DNA of 64,000 nucleotides, taken from contig NIVC01000657.1 of NCBI GenBank assembly GCA_002269645.1, positions 62,001 to 126,000 on the forward strand. The letters run 5' to 3'. Positions within the stretch are counted from its first letter, which is position 1. Every line of letters begins with the position of its first letter. Positions 1-12,800 of the stretch are shown here, in pieces. The stretch comes from Macrostomum lignano (Eukaryota). Both the position numbers and the translations under genes were made by a program. The notes beneath the pieces were generated by a model. It was not told the origin of the DNA, searched no databases, and was given only the letters and a program-made list of their open reading frames with translations.

Positions 1-833
1 TATCTTTGTACGCTCGTATATTTGCTGTTTATATTCGATAGCAGTCTGTTCCTTATTTCGTTTTCACCTTCAGTCTTCTTTTTTTTGAGCTTCTTTTTTT
101 GAGCGTGTGAAACATCCAATTTGTTGCCGTGCCGCGGCCCTCGAAAGCCGAACGCCAGAGGCGTTTTTCAGCGTTCTTTCTTTTCTATGTGCCTGTTTTT
201 TTCTGCGCCACTGTGCGCGTGTCTGGGCGGCTTCTGCGTCCCATCGATGGCGCGCCCGTGCGGTCCGCCGGGACCGGCCCAGCTGGTGAGCCGTCTGCCG
301 TCTGTCGGCTGGCTGCACTCTGCAGCGGATGCATTCTGCATCGGTTTCGCCTTCGCCTTTTAACTCCGTCGCATCGGCGGCGTCTTCCCGTGTGCTTAAT
401 TATCTTGTTATTTTCATTAACCCATCTGCGCATTACGTACTTATTCCCACTCTACAGAAGGTTGAAATTTTTTGATATTGCATTAGTTTGTTCTTGCTAC
501 ACTTCCAATATTGCTGCATTCTTCACTTTAATTCGACAATGTTCAACAAAATTCGCTTAATAGTTCGTTGTTTGCCCTTGCCTTAATAGTAGATCGTACA
601 ATCTTCGATTTGACGTTTTGCTCTGAAACTTTCCTATTTATGAGACATATACTCAACAATATGCTTTTTAAAGAAAACTATATTTTCGCTCTAAGACGTT
701 CAGTATTCTTTCGATAATTAGTATGCGCACACCTTTCTATTTGTAAGTAGTGTAGCTAACCTCTGGAAGAGAGGCGAGTGTGACAATGTCACTTTCTTTC
801 ATGCTTCTTAATTCTTATTTTGCGTCGTACATG

Positions 834-1000
834 TATGTCAAGGCTTATGGGGGGAATTGCTGAGATGTCAAGGCTTATGGGGGGAATTGCTGAGATGTCA
901 AGGCTTATGGGGGGAATTGCTGAGATGTCAAGGCTTATGCGGGGGAATTGCTGAGATGTCAAGGCTTATGTGGAATTGCTGAGATTTCAAGGCTTATGGG
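834..1000. repeat. 30-bp tandem minisatellite (AAGGCTTATGGGGGGAATTGCTGAGATGTC), about 5 copies
   Basis: Unit seen repeating directly at 841, 871 and 901; a degenerate array of the same unit lies at about 6810-7130. Confidence 0.9.
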
Positions 1001-1677
1001 GGACAAGCTGTTGAAACCCGCGGATTTTGAACCCGGGGAATTCCAATACCCGGAACTACTTTTGCATGTATTCTGAAATCTAAGGCCATACACAAACAAA
1101 AACTTGTTAATAGTTAGTAGGATAGAGGTAGACATAAAATGGAGCACATTCGTTTAAAATTAGGGTTTGAGACATTGTTGGCTGGGGTACTGCGCAGAAT
1201 GTCAGGCAATGTCTGTCTGACTCTAAAACATATATTGCTAAACTCTGGTCTCTCCCTGTCTCTCCCTACATCCCTTGGATCCTTTAAAATTTCTATCGTC
1301 TCTTTGTTTCCTCTCATCTCTCTCGTCCCTCGTCTCTCCTCTCTCGTCTCTCCTCTCTCCCCTCTTCTTTCGTATCTTCCCTCATCTCTCTTCTCTTTCA
1401 TTTCTCTTATCTCATATCTTGTCTCTTCTTTTCTCTCTCCTCTCTACTTTTTCGTTTTCTCTCTTCTCTCTCCCCCTCTCCTCTCTCCTCTCACCCCCTC
1501 TTCTCTCTTATCTTCCTTCTCCTTTCTATTTCTTTTCTCTCTTCTCTTAACTCTCTCATCTCTCCCCTGTTCTCTCGTCTCTTCCCGCACCTCTTTTCTC
1601 TCTCGTCTTTGCTCTCTCATCTTTCCTTTCTCTTCTTTTTATCTTTTCTCTCTTATCTCTTCTCATTTCTCTCTGCT

Positions 1678-1752
<75 letters not shown>

Positions 1753-1766
1753 GTCTTTCTCTCTTA

Positions 1767-1862
<96 letters not shown>

Positions 1863-2646
1863 TATCTCTCCTCCTCTCTCTACTCTCTCCCCTCTCCATT
1901 CTCCTCTTTCCTCTCCTCTCTTCTCACTCACTTCTCTACCTTTGTCTCTCCTCTCGTCTCTGTAACCTCTCCTCTGTTCTCTCTACTCTCCCATCTTTTA
2001 TCTGTTCACTCTCGTCTCTGCTCTCTCATCCCCCTCTTTAATCTGGCATCTCTGTCTTATATGTTCTCTCACCTCTCTCCTCTGTACTCTTTTCTTTCCC
2101 CTCTTTTGACTCCTCACTTTCCTTTCTCCTTTCTTCTTTTCTCTTCTCTTCCCTTTTCTATACTCTGTCTCCCTCTCTTCTCTCACTCCACTCTCCTCTC
2201 TCCGTTATCTCTCATCTCTCATTTCTTATCTCTCCTTCAACCTCTCTCATCTCTACAACCTTAGAGATGTAGAGATGTATCTTTATCTCTTCTCTCTTCC
2301 CTTTACTCTCTCATCTCTTCTTTCACCTGTTTCCTCTCTGCTCTCCTCTCTGCTCTCTGCTCTCTCCTCTCATCTGCAGCTCTCTGCTCTCTCATCTCTA
2401 CTCTCTCTTCTCGCTTTTCCTCTCTCCCCTCTTCTCCCCCTCTCTCTCATCGTCCTCACCCCTCATCTCTCCTATTATCTTTTATCTTTTCTTTTATCCC
2501 CTCTGTCGCCTCTCCTCTCTTCGAATCGTCTATTCGTTCTTCTTTCCACTTTCATCTGCCCCTCAGCTATGAGCTGGATTCTTTATCTGGCCTTTGAGGT
2601 AAAAGTCTGCCCATCCCTGCTTGGAAAGCCAGTTTGTGGGACGTAG
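834..2646. repeat. Composite dispersed repeat, copy 1 (30-bp minisatellite + conserved block + CT-rich tract + conserved tail)
   Basis: Blocks ATAGAGGT...CAGAATGTCAGGCAATGTCTGTCTGACTC (about 1120-1225) and CTGCCCCTCAGC..ATGAGCTGGATT...TTTGTGGGACGTAGT (about 2555-2646) recur in the same order at about 7355-7470 and 8690-8778. Confidence 0.8.
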
Positions 2647-4305
2647 TACTCTCATGGTTGTTCTCATGCTTTGATCATGTCATCTTTCTTGCCAATTTGC
2701 AGCCCTGAAAGGAATTTGTGTATCTTCAGCTCCACTGCAGTCTGCATCAGTCTAACAACCAAGGAAATACGCATTTCTTAGGAGGCCATTTAATATTTAC
2801 ACTGCTTACACAGTACCTTTAAAAGAAACCTAAAATTTCCATGGTGTGCCCAATTTAGTAGGGTTGTATTGCATTGCATCGCATCGCCTTTTCATAAATC
2901 TTTCGCTTTTACAAACCATGCTGGATAGTGGATTCCCTCGATTTGCCAATTGCCAATTGCCATCCACTGTTAACTGCTGCAGACTTGTGTCTATACAGAG
3001 GACAGTGGTTTGAATCTCTCGCTAAACTGTCTCTCCTCTCTATGCCTCTCCACTCGCGGGGTGCAGAGAAGGCTATAAATAAAGTTATTCCAAAACACTG
3101 TACATTTGCTATGTACATTCAGTTCTATCGCCTGACCCTTCGTCTGGCTCTGGGGGGAATGAGTGGAGTGAGTGAGTGGCAGAAACAATAGAAAAAGCAG
3201 ACAAACTTCACATGCTTACAGTTTCTTTTTCGGTTGAGTTACAGAGTTGAAACTTTACATTTAGATAGAGAATGAGTCAATGAAGAATTGTGTCAAGTTT
3301 GAAGTCAATCGCTTTATTTGGAGCAAACTTATGGCAGCTGAAAGTTAGTCAATTTTGAAACCCTTTTACACATCTGGGCCCAGATCGGGATCGAGAAAGA
3401 GAGGCAGGCGGGCGGAGGTTGGGGTGGTTGCTACGCTGAAAAAAGCAGCCTAACTTTAAAAGTGCACAGCGCCGTTCAGGATTAACTTTGAAACTCGAAA
3501 TTTTACATGATTGTTCCAAAATAGTTGAAGATTATCTGTGTCAAATTTGAAGAGAATCGGTAAAAGTGGAACGGCGCTATGGAGGATTTAGTGAAAAAAT
3601 CGCGCATTTTGAGCAGTTTTTTGTACTTTTAGGTAGGAAGACTCAAATTTAGGAAATTTAAAGGTAGCCTAAGACATTCTCCGTAGTGAGTTTAGGGTGG
3701 GTGTAAAATTTGGTGTCATTTGGTTGAGCGGTTTGGGAGTCCATAGCGATCAAAATTGTCCACACACACAATCACGCACCGGGCACTTGTTGGTACGGTA
3801 TACAATGGTGGGCACTTATTTTGCAATTTTTTTTGACACACGAAAACACACACATACACACAGTGCAATGACCTATTAAGTATTTTTAGCATTTAAATGA
3901 TGAAAAAAAGCATACATTGAAATAAAAAGCACGTCCCATACTAATAGTATGATCTATTGAAAGTGAAGGAATAGCATATCATCGTGTAACTATATTGTCC
4001 TCAGTCCAGCGAATTCAGCATTACTTGAAATACAAAAGGCTTCGTTAAAGCCAATCCACATGAAGGAAAAACTAGTTACAAGCAGTCTATTTACCTTTAC
4101 CTTTACTAATACGCTATAATGCTGTACGCAATATGCCTGACTAATATGAATAAAAAATTCAATTACACTTGCGCTTAGAAAAAAACCTAAAATTGACAGT
4201 GAAACTGAAAAACTGAAACGCAGAGATTAGTTAAGCAGATTAAACAACAAATTCCGGTCGAGTGAGAAAACAGGAGTCTCGTTATTTAGAGCACTCTGGC
4301 ATTCA

Positions 4306-5522
4306 GCATTACGCTCGTAGTCTATTAGCTGCTCTCCTGAGTTCGAAGCTGACAGGTCTGTTGCAGTCGGCATCGATTGAGTCGACTGCCAATTTAGTCA
4401 ATGGGTTTCGTTTCTTCTTTTCACTGGAACCTGTGGTGGGATTAGCAAAAGATCGATTTCGCATATCGATTTAGTGATTTCAAGGACGACAAAATCATTC
4501 TTCTCTGCATGTCAGCTCCAGAAGATGCTAGTTTGCTTGCAGCTTTCTGTAGGAGCATTCTACTTTAGTAAAGTGTACCCATTCTAAAATAAGCTGTTTT
4601 TAATATGTCCCAACAAGTCTCTGTGCAGTGTGTCATCCGTTTGCCCATCAATTTTTTCTGGAGCCCTTTATTAATTGAGTTCTTTAGGTGACTTAACAAA
4701 TGCGGAAAAAACTAGACACACACACAGTGGCCCAACACTTCGTGTCCCAATAATTGCTAGGAAAAATGCACTGCAGTGTTTAAGCATCTCCTCTGAGGGG
4801 CCCTTGCATGCATAGCTATAGAATCTGCTAAGACCCGATCTGAGAGTTAAAAGTACAAAAAGTTATAACGCTTCTAGACACGAAAACGAATGCAGCCACA
4901 GCATGAACTAACCTTTCATTGAAGCTTCTGCTTAAGACTTTGATGCTGTGAAGCATTCTGGCATCTAGCATTACTCTCGTAGTCTATTAGCTGCTCTCCT
5001 GAGTTCGAAGCTGACAGGTCCGTTGCAGTCGGCATCGATTGAGTCGACTGCCAATTTAGTCAATGGGTTTCGTTTCTTCTTTTCACTGGAACCTGTGGTG
5101 GGATTAGCAAAAGATCGATTTCGCATATCGATTTAGTGATTTCAAGGACGACAAAATCATTCTCTGCATGTCAGCTCCAGAAGATGCTAGTTTGCTTGCA
5201 GCTTTCTGTAGGAGCATTCTACTTTAGTAAAGTGTACCCATTCTAAAATAAGCTGTTTTTAATATGTCCCAACAAGTCTCTGTGCAGTGTGTCATCCGTT
5301 TGCCCATCAATTTGTTCTGGAGCCCTTTATTAATTGAGTTCTTTAGGTGACTTAACAAATGCGGAAAAAAACTAGACACACACACACAGTGGCCCAACAC
5401 TTCGTGTCCCAATAATTGCTAGGAAAAATGCACTGCAGTGTTTAAGCATCTCCTCTGAGGGGCCCTTGCATGCATAGCTATAGAATCTGCTAAGACCCGA
5501 TCTGAGAGTTAAAAGTACAAAA
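4306..5522. repeat. Direct tandem duplication of about 555 bp (about 4306-4860 and 4969-5522)
   Basis: Near-identical text offset by about 662 bp, with only a few SNPs and small indels (e.g. GGTCTGTTG vs GGTCCGTTG). Confidence 0.9.
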
Positions 5523-6716
5523 CTTATAATTTTTGTGGTTAGACACGTAGGCTATTGAATGTCAATGGATTCAGACGAAATGTCAAGTTTTACTCAAAGC
5601 TTTTACAGCTTACCGGTTAAAGTCGACGGATCCTTTGGCAATTGCGCCACATGGCAGTTGATCAAAGGTGATATACCTGAAGTAAAGGTAGGTACTGCTT
5701 AGCAGGAGCAGTCTTTTTTATAGCATTTAAATATAAATGCTTCTTGTTTCCGACAAAGTTTTTTAATACCACTTACATGTTTATCGCTGTGCCATTCCAT
5801 GCTGTTCTTTCCATACCATGGTGACTCGGGTGCCATGGCAGAGGCAGAGTTGACCATTGATTTTAGCATGGCGAGTACATGCCAATTTTGTTTACCGTAC
5901 GTTTGCGGGTGGCGTCAATAATAGACCAAAATAAATGTACACTTAACTAGCAAGGGGACTCTGGTAAATTGGAGCCATGTACACAGGGGGGTAGGGCTTA
6001 GTCCTAACATGTACGGGGTAAGTCCTAATATGAGTGGGCTTTTGTAAACGACACTCTAGCACACAGTTCCAACAATTTATAGAATATCGAATGCGCGCAG
6101 CAGTCAATAGCATGAGTCCTAACAAGAGTGGGCTGTTGTATTCAACACTGCAACACTGTCCTAACAATTTAGTTCGTGTAGAGTACTGATGCCCATCACA
6201 GTCAGAAGTAAATTTAAGCCCTTGTCATTTCTTTAGGTTTATCTCCATCCAGAACCATCCTTTGACAATAAAATACCCTTAAAAGTGTTTTGCTATGCTT
6301 TGCTTTGTATGTATTTTAATGTTTGCTATGTATTTACGTCTTGAAACAAAGACTGCAGCAAATGAATGCGCTTGAAATCTACTATTAGTAAAAATATGAG
6401 AAAAAACCAATAAAAATATGCGGGAGCAGATTAGCCATTTCAGTGTCCCAATAGTGATTTGGTCGAATTTTGTATCATTTTTCCTTATTGGGACGCCAGT
6501 TTTTGCTTATTTGTTGACACAGCAAGTAAAATTATTAAAAATGAGTTGCACCATCAAAAAGAGGCTGTCGAGCTGAATCCATAGAGTATTTTTTTGAGCT
6601 GCTATTGTAACTTTTTTGGAAGTGTTGGACGAACTTGATGGGACAGTCCCAACATTTTTTTTGGCCCAACAGTGCGGGTCCCGTTGTACGCGTATGGCCC
6701 AACAAATGCCCCGTGC

Positions 6717-6754
<38 letters not shown>

Positions 6755-6809
6755 TCCACACACACACAGACACACAGAGTTTTGATTTTTATAGTTAGAG
6801 ATTGTTGAA

Positions 6810-8778
6810 ATGTCAAGGCTTACACATTTCACTGCTAAGATGTCATTGTCAAGGCTTATGGGGAATTGCTGGGATGTCAAGGCTTACTGGGGGATTTCTG
6901 GGATGAGGCTTACAGCTGGGGGAATCGCTGAGACGTCGAGGCTAATGGGAGGAGTTGCTGGGATGTCAAGGCTTATGGGGAAATTGCTCAGACTCCAAGG
7001 CTTAGTGGGAAAATTTCTAGGATGACATGGCTTATTGGAGGAATTGCTGAGACGTCGAGGCTTATGGGGAATTGCTGGGATGTCAAAGCTTATGGGGAAT
7101 TGCTGGGATGTCCAGGCTTACTGGAAGCATGGGTCCATTCTTTATTATTTTCAGCCATATTTTCATTTTTATTTTTGCGCTCCCCAAACGGGCTGGATTG
7201 CTAGTATCCACTAAATGTATCGTGCTCAATATTTACAATATAAATCGCAGTCGCTTGCCTCGTATCAAGCGTAATATCGTTCTACAATCTAAAGTGAAGT
7301 CTTCAGACATTGAAAATCTACGGTCTACTCAAACAAAAAATTGTTAATAGTTAGCATAGAGGTACATAAAATGGAGTACATTCGTGTAAAATTAGGACTT
7401 GAGGCAAACATTGATATTGTTGGCTGGGGTGCTGCACAGAATGTCAGGCAATGTCTGTCTGACTCGTAGAACATGTATTGGCAAACTCTGGCCTCTGCCT
7501 CTGCCTCTCCCTACATTCCTTGGATCCTTTGAAACTTCTATCTTCTCTTCTGTTTCCTCTCTCTTCTCTCTCATCTCTCCTCTCTCCTCTCTTCTCTCTT
7601 CGCATCTCTTCTCTTCTTTCCTCTCTCCTCTCTCCTTTCTCCTCTCTCCCCTCTTCTCTCGTCTCTTCCCCCATCTCTCTTTGCTTTCATCTCTTTTATA
7701 TCATCTCTTCTCTCTTTCCTCTCTCATCTCTTCCCTCCTCTCTTCTCTCTCGTTCTGCTCTCTAATCTCTCCTTTCTCCTCTGTTCTCTCTCTTCTCTCT
7801 CCCCTCTTCTCACTCCTCTCCTCTCTCAACACTTCCCTCATCTCTCCTCTCTTATCTCTTCTTATTTCTTTCTGCTCTCTCCCTCTCTCTCTCCCTCTCT
7901 CTCTTTCTTATCTCTCCTCTCATCTCTCTCTGCTCTCTCCAGTCCCATCTCTCCTCCTCCTCTCTACTCTCTCCCCTCTCCATTATTCTCTTTCCTCTCC
8001 TTTTTCCATTTTCCCTTCTCTCTCCCTTTTCCCTTATCTCCCCTGTCCTCTACCCCTTCTCTCCCCTCCTCTCTTATCTCTTCACTCACTTTTCTCTCTC
8101 CCTTTGTCTCACCTCTCATCTCTCATCTCTTTTCTCTTTTCTCTTAACTCTCCTCTGCTCTCTCGTCTCCCCTCTCCCATCTGTCATCTTTACTCTTAAA
8201 TGTTCTCTCACCTTTCTCCTCTGTACTCTTTTCTTTCCCCTCTTTTCACCGATCTTTCTTTCCTTTCTCCTTTCTTCTCTTCTCTTCTCTTCCCTCTTCT
8301 ATACTCTCTCCCTCTCTTGTCTTCTCTCTTATCTTTCAATACTCCTCTCTCCTCCTTCATCTCTCATCTCTCTTTCTCATTTCTCCTTACACCTCTCTCA
8401 TCTCTATAACTTTATCTCTTCTCACTTGCCTTTACTCTCTAATCTCTCCTTTTATCTCTTTCCTCTCACCTCGCTGCTCTCCTCTCTTCTGTCTCTTCTC
8501 ATCTGCAGCTCTCTGCTATTTCATTCCATCTCTTTCATCTCGCTTCTCCTATCTCCCCTCTTCTCCCCCTCTCTCTAATCGTCCTCACCCCCTCGTCTCT
8601 CGTATTATATTTTATCTTTTCTCTTATCCCCTCTCTCGCCTCTCCTCTTTTTTCTAATCGTCTATTTCTTCTTTTTTCCGCTCTCATCTGCCCCTCAGCG
8701 ATGAGCTGGATTTTTTATCTGGCCTTGGAGATAATAGTCTGCTCATCCCTGCTTAGAAAGCCAATTTGTGGGACGTAG
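6810..8778. repeat. Composite dispersed repeat, copy 2 (diverged)
   Basis: Same order of modules as 834-2646, including the CT-rich tract that produces the spurious Leu/Ser ORFs. Confidence 0.8.
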
Positions 8779-9872
8779 TCTCAATAAACTAAAAGTCTAG
8801 CGTTGTTGGTGTGTATGTTGCAAATTATGTGAAAGTTAAAAATTAAAATAGCCTATAGCCTTTTCCGGAAAATTTGCAGCTTTCCCATATATAAGTTTCG
8901 ACGCTGACTTGCTGGTAGTCTAGAAGAAAAGTTGCAACATACACACAAACAACGCTAGACTTTTAGTATATTGGACTTTTAGTATATTGAGAAGAGAGAA
9001 GAGGGAGATAGTACATCAGTGATTGCGGTGATCGGTGATGTATTATCATGCATATTGCTCTCTTTATCAAGATCGACCTACTAATACTTGTGGGGGGGGG
9101 GCAAATTACAATGCCAGCTATAGGCAAAATCTGCCGCGGGCCCATGCAGTAACTTAGATTTTTTTTGGGCCGGCCTAATTATAGGTGCATGGAGTCTGGG
9201 CATTGAGTATAGGATTTAGCTGAGAAAGTCTATTGGACAGAAACCGTGGTCCCTGGCAGTATCACCTCCAGGTTTTCGTTTCCACATATGCATGTAGCTA
9301 TAGCTGTCATATCTATAAACTCTATGTCTATTTTATCTATGCTACATATATGTACATGTTAAATTCTATCTTTTTAAAGCTGTAGAATGTGCAAACGCGG
9401 TAATAGTATATAGGATCACCCATTTTATAAACTTTAAAAAAGTTCCATATACAAAAGTTACCAACTACATACATTTGTGTACCATCCTAAGCAATAAGCA
9501 ATATCATATCTCACATTCATGAAAAGATTACTGTAGCTTATACCAAGCCAAAATATTTGCTACCTTTTTAAACGGATTGAAACGTTATGCAGCTCTTCCG
9601 TTGGTTATTAGTGTCTAAAAATAGAATCGAGGCTTTCCTCTGTAATGATTAAATTTAGCTGCAATGTACTCAACTCGTATTGAAGGGTGTTCAGCTAAAA
9701 CACGTGTGTGTACATACAATGCATGCACATCTGCAAGGCAATTCCACCGATTTTCCGTTGATCTATAAAAACCATTCTGTTGCTTGACCCAAGATTCTGA
9801 TGCATATCTGTACTGTACACTGTACGGCTACTACTGCGAGCTACAAGCATGTAGACGCGTATTAGTACAATT

Positions 9873-12800
9873 ATGATACTGCCACTTCAAAGAGAAGCTG
9901 GTCCAGACAACGAAGAGAACAACAATGATGGTTGGTCCGCTTTGCACTTCGCTAGCCACCGCGGCGACCTAGAGTCAATTCAGAGCCTCATCAAATCCGG
10001 AGTTGACGTCAATCTTCAAGCTAAGTGCGGAAGAACAGCATTGCATCTGGCTATATACGAAGGGCATGTTGAGGCTGTTGAAATTCTGCTATTTGAGGGT
10101 CTGGCTAATCCCAATGCTCCATCAGCCAACAGTATCTTGCCCATTCACCTGGCAGTTGTTAAAAAATCGGTTTCAATGCTGCATCTTCTGATCAATGCCG
10201 GTGCTGACGTGAATCTACAACAAGACTCTGAACCGCCGCCTATCCTGCTAGCTATTGTTGCTGATTTCTCCACTGGCGCAGATTTTCTGATTTCACACGG
10301 AGCAAATGTCGACTCGTGCACCACGTCGAGTACTTTTATAGACATTTGCAAAGTTTTAACCGACGATTCAGCTCCCAATCACTTCACTTCAAGAGAGAAA
10401 TCTATTCTCAGCCGCCCAGGGGTGCCAGCAATGGTAGCCGCCACCCTCCGAGGAGATCAATACATCGTCAAACGACTCATCGACTCCGCAGCCATCGTAG
10501 AGGCTCACGGTAAACTCGGCTCGGCGGCTTTGCATCACGCGGCGTGCAGCAACAGATTCAATATCATGAAGGATCTGCTGAAATCTTCACTGGATGTTGA
10601 TGTGCAAAACAACTGGGGCAATTCGGCTCTTCATTTAGCCGTGAAGAATGGTTACACCGACTTAGTCGATATGCTGCTTGATTACGGTGCAAATATAAAC
10701 ATTCAGAACTGTAACGATGGCTGTACTCCGCTGCATAGGGCAACCGACTATAACCACATAAAGGTCGTCACACAGCTGGTTAATCGTGGCGCCAATATCA
10801 ACGCCCAAGACTGTGCCGGTTGTTCGCCTTTACACCTGGCAGCTGCTAGTGACCTGCCAAAAATGGTTGCTCATCTTATTTCTCTAGGCGCTACAGTTGA
10901 CTTAGTGTCGAATCAGGGTTACACGCCGCTGTGCTATGCTACCGAGATTGGATCAATCGGCGTTGTTCGCGTTCTAGTTAACGCTGGCGCTCAAATTGAT
11001 TTTCGATCGATTTCATCGTCTGCTGCTACTCCCATGGAGTTAGCTGCGCTTAACGGTCATCTAGGAGTTTTAGCTGAACTTGCCGCACATTCTGGAGCAA
11101 TGCTCGATAAAATTGATGCTCAATCTGATGGATTGTCCATATTGCACATGGCCTCGTTAGGCGGTCACTCTCATATTGTTCATCACCTGGTTATGCACTG
11201 TGGCGTCTGTGTGGATCAGCTGACAACTAAATCTGGTCTGACTCCCTTGCACATAGCTGCCCAGTTAGGTAACAAAGATGTAATAACTAAGCTAGTCGAA
11301 TTAGGGGCCAATTTGAATTCGTCAACGACCGATGGCTGGCGGCCTTTAGACTACGCCTTCGCGTTGGGACACAAAGAAGCTGTAAGAGTTTTGCTTCAGA
11401 GCTGCACCAGTCTGCCAAGAAAAAATGCACAATTATGCATCACTTCGATTGAATTGCACGAAAGAATGTTAAATGCCGGCTTCTGCGCTGCCAATGCCTC
11501 TGTGCAGAGAGGCTGCGCTGGTGTTCTTGAGGAACTCACTCGACTTCGCAACGGGATAAACTGCTATCTATTAGGCAGTTTTGCTGACGGCTGGGCCAGC
11601 AGCCTGACTCGAGGCGACTCTAGAATTGGCAGAGATTCTGACTTAGATTTGACCTGCATTGAGCCGCGACTTGTTCTATCTTTCGTTGACGGAACCAACG
11701 ACTGTACTAATCAGAACTTTAGAAATCCTGTCGGAACTGTTTGCTATGAAAATGGTCACCTTTGCTACGAAGTACAATGTAAGTTTATTTAGAATATGCA
11801 TGCACAACTTGCTGTGCTATGTTGGTTTAATTATAAATTCTACATTTTTTTCTCACGCAACCGTCATTTTAGCAACAAGGCCAAACAAAGTAATCCCTGG
11901 ATCTTGCCTAAGACCTGCGATTGATAGGATAACCGCCCATCCCTGCGCTCGCTATCCTCTGATCAAGCCACTTCAACCAGACTATAAGACAAGCATTCCC
12001 AAACACGTGCTGCAGCAGCTGCAAAAAGTATTGACCTCGTCAGTGTGTCACGCAGTTTCAGCAGCTCCTCCGGGACTTGAAGGCCGACGGATGCGACTGA
12101 GCAGTACATTTCTAGAGCTAGTTCTCATGAGCAATCTCAGCACTGTTCAAGGTCAACTATACGTGCTTATCAAGTTTGTGATAAAGCTTGTGATTAATAA
12201 GCGAACTCCTGGGTTGAAAACGTACCACGCCAAGACCTTATTTTTTTCACATGCTTGACAGTATGCCTGCTGGCGACTGGAGACCCGATAATCTTATTCA
12301 ACTGTTGGATCTGTCGCTAGATAAACTTATTGGTTTCCTTTTGGAAGATGATACTAGCGTGTCCAGGCACCACTGTATGCCTCATTTCTTCTTTCAGAAT
12401 GCTGTCATATTTCAGAAAGAGAACCACAGATCCAAGAGCTGCATTGCTAACTATGTTGAACAAGTTAAGCGCGATCTGCAACTCGTACTGTCAGACTTTG
12501 CGGCTAACCTTTATAATAAAACTGACACTTTTATTGAGTTTCATCCGTTCGCCATCATGCCGCTGCTGCACGACGTATCGGCGCCAAGACCGAGCGGCAG
12601 TGCAACCGTTAGCTATCTGGAAATTTACGATCTAGTCCGTCATGTTGTACTGTTTTTAAGTCAGAACGACGCTGATCAGAGCTTTGAAAGCCTGATGCAG
12701 CTTACGAATAGGCTACCGGATAGTGCAAGAACTACAAGAGACTGCCTTCAAATTATGCTGTGCATGAAGTTTGACAAGCCACTGCCAGACTCAACTAGGC

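Noticed and set aside
70-560. Overlapping GC-rich ORFs at the window start
   Set aside because: No recognisable domain or consistent splice pattern; cannot support a gene call.
1139-2646. 300-aa and other Leu/Ser-rich ORFs (also 7399-8409)
   Set aside because: Stop-free frames caused by CT-rich low complexity.
2928-3191. PLHSRGAEKAINKV, faintly like a transposase C-terminal motif
   Set aside because: A single weak motif with no supporting catalytic residues or ends.
5565-5687. Possible upstream exon (MDSDEMSS...PEVK|GTAGGT) of the cGLR gene
   Set aside because: No phase-compatible acceptor found near 9873; unsupported without RNA data.
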